Shown piece after piece: positions 58,362 through 64,000 of a DNA stretch of 64,000 nt. Under the pieces are notes generated by a model. It worked only from the letters and a program-made list of their open reading frames with translations, did no database searches and was not told the DNA's origin. The position numbers and the translations under genes are program-made. Positions within the stretch are counted from its first letter, which is position 1; the number at the start of each line of letters is the position of its first letter. Source of the DNA: Candidatus Latescibacterota bacterium (GTDB lineage: Bacteria; Latescibacterota; UBA2968; UBA8231); the NCBI GenBank assembly GCA_965208105.1, contig OZ242318.1:1408001-1472000 (forward strand), in the 5' to 3' direction.

Positions 58362-61300
58362 TCAAGCCGCCCCGCCCCCGCCTGACGCGCCTCTCCAGGT
58401 TCGACCTTCCAGAGGTCTGCTGAAGGCCGCCGCCATCCTCCGTCCCCACAGGCGCAAATCGTCGAAGAAGGTGTAGAACAAGGGCACCACCAGCAGGGTC
58501 AGCACCATGGAGGCCAGCAGTCCCCCCATCATGGTGCGTCCCAGCGGGGCGTAGTTCATGCCGATCATTTTTTCGTTGCCCACGGCCATGGGAATCAATC
58601 CGCAGATGGTCGTGAAGGTAGTCATCAATATGGGTCGGAATCGATGGCGTCCGGCTTCCACCAGGGCCTCGAAGCGGTCCATCCCCTCCAGGCGCAGGCG
58701 ATTGACAAGGTCGATCAGAACGATGGCATTGTTCACCACCACACCAATGAGAATCACCGCGCCAATCGCGGACATGGTGTCCTGGGGAGTGGAGGTCAGG
58801 TACAGTGCCCAGTAGACCCCGAGGAAGGAAAACGGTATGGAGACGATCACCGAAAGCGGCAGCAGGAAGGATTCGAACAGCACCCCCATCAAAAGAAAGA
58901 CGAAGGTGACCGCCATGATCAGGGCGAATTTCCGCGAGCGGTCGACCTCCTCCAGGCGCACGTAGCGGGCCCCCTTGTCCCAGCGGTATCCCCGCGGCAT
59001 CTCGAATCCCTCCATGGCCTGGTCCACCTGCTCGAAGAGCCTGGCGGCATCGTCCTTGGATGCCTTGGCGCTCACCGTGATCATGGTCTGGCGATCGAAG
59101 CGGCGGATCCTGTCCAGACCTTGCTCCACGTAGAAGGTAGCCAGGGTTTCCAGGGAAACCTCGGCGCTGTCCCTGGTTGCGAAAGTGAGGTTGCGCAACT
59201 GGCTCATGCCCTCGCGGTCCTCCTCTTCGAGGCGGAGGCGAATGACGATATCCCGGCCCTCCTCGGTCCTGAATCTGCCAAGCTCGACCCCGTGAAGCCG
59301 GGTGGAGGGCCAGCGCGCCCCGATCTGGCGGGAAACGGCCTGCGGATCGACGCCGTAGCGCTCCAGCCTATCGCGGTCGAGGCGCACCTGCAGCTCCGGG
59401 CTGCTCTGGGCCATGTCCGTGCGCACCTCCTCCAGGCCGGGGATACTCAGCAGGCGCCTGGCGACCTCGCCCACCAGTCCCATCAGCACCCGGGTATTGT
59501 GGCCATAGAGGTTGAGCGAGAGGGCCGCGTCCTGGTCCTCGCGGTTCCAGTTAAGGATCATGGTGGTTCCGGGAGGAATGTGGATCCGCTCTTTCAAATC
59601 CTCCACGATTTCCTCGTAGTCGAGATGGGGCTTGGGGCGAAGTCCGAGCCCGTGGACGATGTTCTCGAAGGCCACCTCGTACCATTCGAGGCGTTCCCCT
59701 TCCTTGAACATGACCCCCACACCCCCTCCCCTTCCCTTCTCGAACCAGGACCGCACCACATCGATGTTGTAGTCTTCCCTGTGGTTGTGCAAGGTATCCT
59801 CCACGCCGCTGATGAACCTGTCCATATTCTCCATGGACAACCCCGGGGGCATGTGGAAGCGCATGTAAATGTTGCTGCGCCTCCGTTCCTGCTGGTCGGT
59901 CCGCTTGATCCCCTCCATGGGAAAATGGATGCTTGCCATGGCCAGCACCACGACGATCAAGGTGTCGAGGCGGTGGGTGAGGACCCACCTCAGGCAGCGC
60001 ACGTAGAGACCGCGCAGGCCAACGATCATCTTCCGCTCGGGAGGCGTCTCGGCGGAGGACAGGCGCTGGGCGGCGAGGGGAATGAAGATGAGGGCGATGA
60101 ACAGGGAAGCCAGAAGTCCGACGACGACGGGCATTCCGATGCGCAGCATCCAGAAGGAGAAGTCGTGGTCGTCGCTCATCAGGATCAGGGGCAGAAAAAC
60201 CACAGCCGTCGTCAGGGTCGCCATGGTCACCGCCATGCCCACCTCGCCCGCTCCGGTGACGGAAGCGGCGCGAGGCTCGGTTCCCCCCTGGCGCTTGCGG
60301 TAGATGTTCTCGACGATTACGATGGCGTTGTCCACCACCAGTCCCAGGCTCAACATGAGCCCCATCATGGTGGCTATGTTGAGGGACCAGCCGATGAAGT
60401 AGAGCGCCGTGGTGGTGGCCAGAATCGAGAGCGGGATGGCCAGGGTGATGATGGCGGTCATGCGCACGTTGCGCAGGAAAAAGAGCAGCACCAGGGCGGC
60501 GAAGAGTCCGCCCCACAGACCCGAGGACTTGAGGTTGTCGAGGGAGCGGAGGACGTGCTCTCCCTGATCCCAAAAGATCTTGACCTGGAAGCCATGGAAC
60601 CTTGGCTGCTCTTTCAGCTCTTCCAGTTTGGCGCGCACTTGCCGCGAAATGGCCACGATGTTGCCGTTGGAGACCCGCTGTATCCCGACCCACATGGCCT
60701 CCTGGCTGTTGGTGCGATTGACCCAGAGTTTTTCAGGAGTGCGCCGCCGCACCGAGGCGATGTCCGCCAGGCGCAGATCGCGGCCGGCATCGAGGACGAT
60801 ATCGCTGATCTCCTGCTCCGACCGGAAGCGGCCCAGTGAACGCACCTGAATCTTCCTGCCGCCCTCGTGAACGAAACCGCTGGAAATGGTGAAGTTCTGG
60901 TCGCTCAACTGGTTGACGAGCAGGCCCACGTCGGCGTTGTGGCCGCGCACCCGGTCCTCGTCCAGCTCGATGAGAATTTCCTCACCGCTACCCCACGACC
61001 GCACCGCCCCCACTCCGTCGAGACGCTGCAGGGCCGGCCGCAGATGGGATTCGACGAAGTAATGTGGATCGCTGTAGCCCTCTTCGAAGCGCACGTTCAT
61101 CCACATGATTTCATCTTCGTCAGCGTCTCCCCAGTTGCCGATCTGGATGAATTCGACGTCGGGCAGCTCCGGTCTGAGCCGGTCCATGCGCTCCGCCAGC
61201 TCCGCCCATGCCCGTCCCATGTCCGCATCGGGCTTGAAGCGAATGGTCGCCGTGCCCCTTTCGCGCAGGGCCCTGGTGCGGATTTTCTCAACCTGGGACA

Positions 61301-61541
61301 GGGTGGACAGGGCTTCTTCCAGGGGTTGAACGATGACCTGCTCCACCTCCTCCGGGCTTGCGTTCGGATAGGGAATCCACACCCAGAGGCGGTCTCCTTC
61401 GAGCCCCGAGGGAAGCAAGCTGAGGGGAATGCGGTTATAGGCGATGGTGCCCACCGCGAGCAGGGCAACCAAAATCATTATGGTGGCAATGGGCCGGTCC
61501 AGGGACAGGCCCGGGAGCCGGTATGGATGATTGTCTGCCAT
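58362..61541 (-). CDS. RND efflux permease (AcrB/MdtC-like)
   Basis: RPIAT, GLVVDNAIVIVENI, ATLTT, LFESFLLP, VVNNAIVL and RFRPILMT motifs. Confidence 0.93.
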   Translation of the reverse strand: MADNHPYRLPGLSLDRPIATIMILVALLAVGTIAYNRIPLSLLPSGLEGDRLWVWIPYPNASPEEVEQVIVQPLEEALSTLSQVEKIRTRALRERGTATIRFKPDADMGRAWAELAERMDRLRPELPDVEFIQIGNWGDADEDEIMWMNVRFEEGYSDPHYFVESHLRPALQRLDGVGAVRSWGSGEEILIELDEDRVRGHNADVGLLVNQLSDQNFTISSGFVHEGGRKIQVRSLGRFRSEQEISDIVLDAGRDLRLADIASVRRRTPEKLWVNRTNSQEAMWVGIQRVSNGNIVAISRQVRAKLEELKEQPRFHGFQVKIFWDQGEHVLRSLDNLKSSGLWGGLFAALVLLFFLRNVRMTAIITLAIPLSILATTTALYFIGWSLNIATMMGLMLSLGLVVDNAIVIVENIYRKRQGGTEPRAASVTGAGEVGMAVTMATLTTAVVFLPLILMSDDHDFSFWMLRIGMPVVVGLLASLFIALIFIPLAAQRLSSAETPPERKMIVGLRGLYVRCLRWVLTHRLDTLIVVVLAMASIHFPMEGIKRTDQQERRRSNIYMRFHMPPGLSMENMDRFISGVEDTLHNHREDYNIDVVRSWFEKGRGGGVGVMFKEGERLEWYEVAFENIVHGLGLRPKPHLDYEEIVEDLKERIHIPPGTTMILNWNREDQDAALSLNLYGHNTRVLMGLVGEVARRLLSIPGLEEVRTDMAQSSPELQVRLDRDRLERYGVDPQAVSRQIGARWPSTRLHGVELGRFRTEEGRDIVIRLRLEEEDREGMSQLRNLTFATRDSAEVSLETLATFYVEQGLDRIRRFDRQTMITVSAKASKDDAARLFEQVDQAMEGFEMPRGYRWDKGARYVRLEEVDRSRKFALIMAVTFVFLLMGVLFESFLLPLSVIVSIPFSFLGVYWALYLTSTPQDTMSAIGAVILIGVVVNNAIVLIDLVNRLRLEGMDRFEALVEAGRHRFRPILMTTFTTICGLIPMAVGNEKMIGMNYAPLGRTMMGGLLASMVLTLLVVPLFYTFFDDLRLWGRRMAAAFSRPLEGRTWRGASGGGGAA

Positions 61542-61575
61542 CGCGCAGTCTTCTCGAGCGGCTGGCCGCCGCTGT

Positions 61576-64000
61576 TCAGGGACGGCGGTCCAGAAGCGAG
61601 TACACCGTGGGAATCACGATCAAGGTCAGGACTGTCGAACTGGTCAGGCCCACGATCACCGTGAGGGCCATGGGAGTGCGGATCTCGGCTCCCTCCCCCA
61701 ATCCCAGCGCCATGGGCAGCAGGGCCAGCACGGTTGTCGCGGTGGTCATGAAAATGGGGCGCAGGCGGACCCTGCCCGCCCGCACAATGGCCTCGGTCTT
61801 CTCGAGGCCGCCGCGCCTGAGGGTGTTGATGTAGTCAACCAGCACGATCGCATTGTTGACCACGATTCCGGCCAGCATTATCAGCCCGATGAAGACCACC
61901 ACGCTCAAGGCCACGCCGCCGGCGTAGAGCGCCGCCACCACCCCGATCAAGGCCAGGGGAACGGTGAACATGATGACCAGGGGATGCACCATCGACTCGA
62001 ACTGGGCGGCCATGACGATGTAGACGAGGAAGACGGCCAGGGAAAGGGCGAAGACCAGGCTGCGCAGCGAGGTTTCCATTTCACGGTTCTGGCCCCCGAC
62101 GAGATAGCTGAAGCCGGCGGGGTAGTCCAGGTGGCGCAGGGCCGCGGCGATATTCCTCGACGCGGTGCCCAGATCGGTTCCGCTGATGTTGGCGCTGATC
62201 AGTGCCGCCCGCTGCTGGTCGATCCGGCGAATCTCGCTGGGACCATCGCTTACCCGGATTTTCGCCACCGCATCCAGCGGGATGGGAACGTCTCCCTCCG
62301 GATTGATCACCAGACGTCCGAGATCCTCCACTGCGAGGCGATCCACCTCCTGCAGCCGCACCAGAATAGGGATCTGGTGCTCGCCGTGGTGATAGCGGGT
62401 GGGCACCCTCCCCTGCACCTTGTTGCGCACCAGCTCGGCCACATCCTTCAGGCTCAGGCCGTACCCGGCCAGGCGCTCGCGGTTGTAGCTGATCTGCAGC
62501 TCGGGATTTCCCGGCTGCAGGGAGGATCTGACGTCGGAGAGGCCGGGAAGGGCCCCCAGCGCGGCCTTGGCCTCGCCGGCCAGTCTCCTCAGGACGCGCA
62601 GCTCGTGTCCGTGAATCTCCACTTCCACCGGAGTCTTGAAGCTGAAGATGGTTGGACGCGAGACCTCGATTTCCACCTCGGGCAGATCCGCCAGGTCGAC
62701 TCGCAGGCGCTCGATGAGAACCCTTTCCTCGAGCGGGTCCGCACCATCCTTCATCTGGACGGTGACCACGCCTGTGTGCTCGCCCTCGGATGCCCCGCTT
62801 CTTGCCGTCCCCTCCGTTCCCACCGTGGTGAAGACCCGCCGCACCGCGGCATCCCGGAGAACTATCTCCTCCACCTCCCGCAAAACCCCGGCAGTCTTGT
62901 CCAGGGGAGACCCCACCGGCAGCGAGATTTCCAGGTTGAACTCGCCCTGGTGCACCTGGGGGATCAGTTCGCGTCCCAGCTCCGGCACCAGCTTGATCCA
63001 GCACACCAGGAAACATCCAAGGGCAACGGCTATCACCGCCAGACGCCGGCGCAACGCCCAGGCCAGAAGTGCCGGATATGCCCGCTGCACGGGTGCGAAA
63101 ACCCGCTCGAAGAGGAAGAGAAACGGCAGGACCAGGGGCGGCAGAACCATTCCCGCCAGCATGAGCGAGGCGGTCAGGACGAGGGCGCAAAGAAGAACTC
63201 CCACCTGCAAAACGATGGCGGCCAGGCGCAGGACGGTCTGCAGGACGAAGCGGAGGGCGAGATAGGTCAGTACCAGGGGCATGGGAAGGGCACGGATCAG
63301 GGTCCGCACGGTCCCACCGGCGGGGATCCAGCCGCGGTAGCGATGAATTGCCGAGGCCAGGTCCGCGGCTGACCCGAAGCTTAGAATCCGCGGCCAGACC
63401 CGGTGGAAAAGGTTGCGGGGGCCGCCCTGGTCGGCCGCCGCCCATAAGCTCACCGTGGTCTGGAAGGTGCGCCCGGGCTTGATCCACAGGCACTCGATGG
63501 GCTTGGCCAGCCACCAGAGCAGCTCGAAGAGCAGGATTGCCGCCGCCTTCACCACCGCCGCTGCCAGGGTGGCAACGGCCGCGAAGAGGCGCCAGAGCAC
63601 CTCGTAAACCAGATAGGGCGCCGCGGCTGCGGCGCCGGCGAGACGCCTGCCCAGCGGCCGGGAACGGTCGGATAAGGCGGCGCGACCGCGCTCCAGGGCC
63701 TGGAGCTGCAGGAATTCGCTGTGCCGCGCCTGCTCCAGCAGGCTGCCCTGGTCCCGGCGCAGTTGGCGGGAAGCCAGCATGGGCACGAAGTAGAGCGCCA
63801 CAACCAGCGAGGCCAACAGCGAGAAGACCACGGTCAGGGCCATGTCTCCGAAGACCTGGCCGGCAATGCCTTCGACGAAGGCAATGGGAAAGAATACCGC
63901 AATGGTGGTAAGGGTCGAGGCGAAGACCGCGCTGCCCACCTCACCCGTCCCGCGCACCGTCGCGCCAACCAGGTCGTCGCCCTCTTCGCGGCAGCGGAAT
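61576..64000 (-). CDS. RND efflux permease (partial, 5' end outside the window) with a large hydrophobic insertion
   Basis: ASTLTTIAVFFP, AAQFES, IVVNNAIVLVD and RLRPIFMT motifs. The frame stays open to the window edge. Confidence 0.92.
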   Translation of the reverse strand, partial: FRCREEGDDLVGATVRGTGEVGSAVFASTLTTIAVFFPIAFVEGIAGQVFGDMALTVVFSLLASLVVALYFVPMLASRQLRRDQGSLLEQARHSEFLQLQALERGRAALSDRSRPLGRRLAGAAAAAPYLVYEVLWRLFAAVATLAAAVVKAAAILLFELLWWLAKPIECLWIKPGRTFQTTVSLWAAADQGGPRNLFHRVWPRILSFGSAADLASAIHRYRGWIPAGGTVRTLIRALPMPLVLTYLALRFVLQTVLRLAAIVLQVGVLLCALVLTASLMLAGMVLPPLVLPFLFLFERVFAPVQRAYPALLAWALRRRLAVIAVALGCFLVCWIKLVPELGRELIPQVHQGEFNLEISLPVGSPLDKTAGVLREVEEIVLRDAAVRRVFTTVGTEGTARSGASEGEHTGVVTVQMKDGADPLEERVLIERLRVDLADLPEVEIEVSRPTIFSFKTPVEVEIHGHELRVLRRLAGEAKAALGALPGLSDVRSSLQPGNPELQISYNRERLAGYGLSLKDVAELVRNKVQGRVPTRYHHGEHQIPILVRLQEVDRLAVEDLGRLVINPEGDVPIPLDAVAKIRVSDGPSEIRRIDQQRAALISANISGTDLGTASRNIAAALRHLDYPAGFSYLVGGQNREMETSLRSLVFALSLAVFLVYIVMAAQFESMVHPLVIMFTVPLALIGVVAALYAGGVALSVVVFIGLIMLAGIVVNNAIVLVDYINTLRRGGLEKTEAIVRAGRVRLRPIFMTTATTVLALLPMALGLGEGAEIRTPMALTVIVGLTSSTVLTLIVIPTVYSLLDRRP

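Overview
A GC-rich (roughly 65-70% by eye) bacterial chromosomal segment with about 47 protein-coding genes. I saw no rRNA, tRNA or CRISPR array. The gene content suggests an FCB-superphylum organism outside Bacteroidota, possibly Ca. Latescibacterota-like and marine or host-associated; this placement is inference. The supporting genes are a PorU/PorV type IX secretion (T9SS) locus, T9SS-CTD cargo, a TonB receptor with a DUF4249-like partner, PhyH dioxygenases, a sulfatase and its maturase, and ankyrin and ASPIC/UnbV proteins. Layout: (1) 1-12.7 kb, a minus-strand T9SS-like envelope operon; (2) 13-29.7 kb, rpmB, transporters, a hydantoinase A/B operon, a T9SS-tagged PQQ/cytochrome c enzyme, a Thr-type sulfatase-like gene and a TonB-receptor operon; (3) 29.75-33.7 kb, a decayed, partly low-GC accessory patch, followed by a low-GC xth gene; (4) 37-45.7 kb, an operon of aminotransferase, HxA-type Fe/2OG enzyme, ankyrin protein, nucleotidyltransferase, divergent UvrA and HAD hydrolase; (5) metabolic genes, a 159-bp MITE, mutM, clpP and a tandem RND pair. 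Most notable: the PorU sortase homolog has Ser where the catalytic Cys should be and no Cys anywhere in its mature chain, and the M6-protease homolog in the same operon has lost its HExxH zinc motif. All family calls come from motif recognition by eye, not from database searches.
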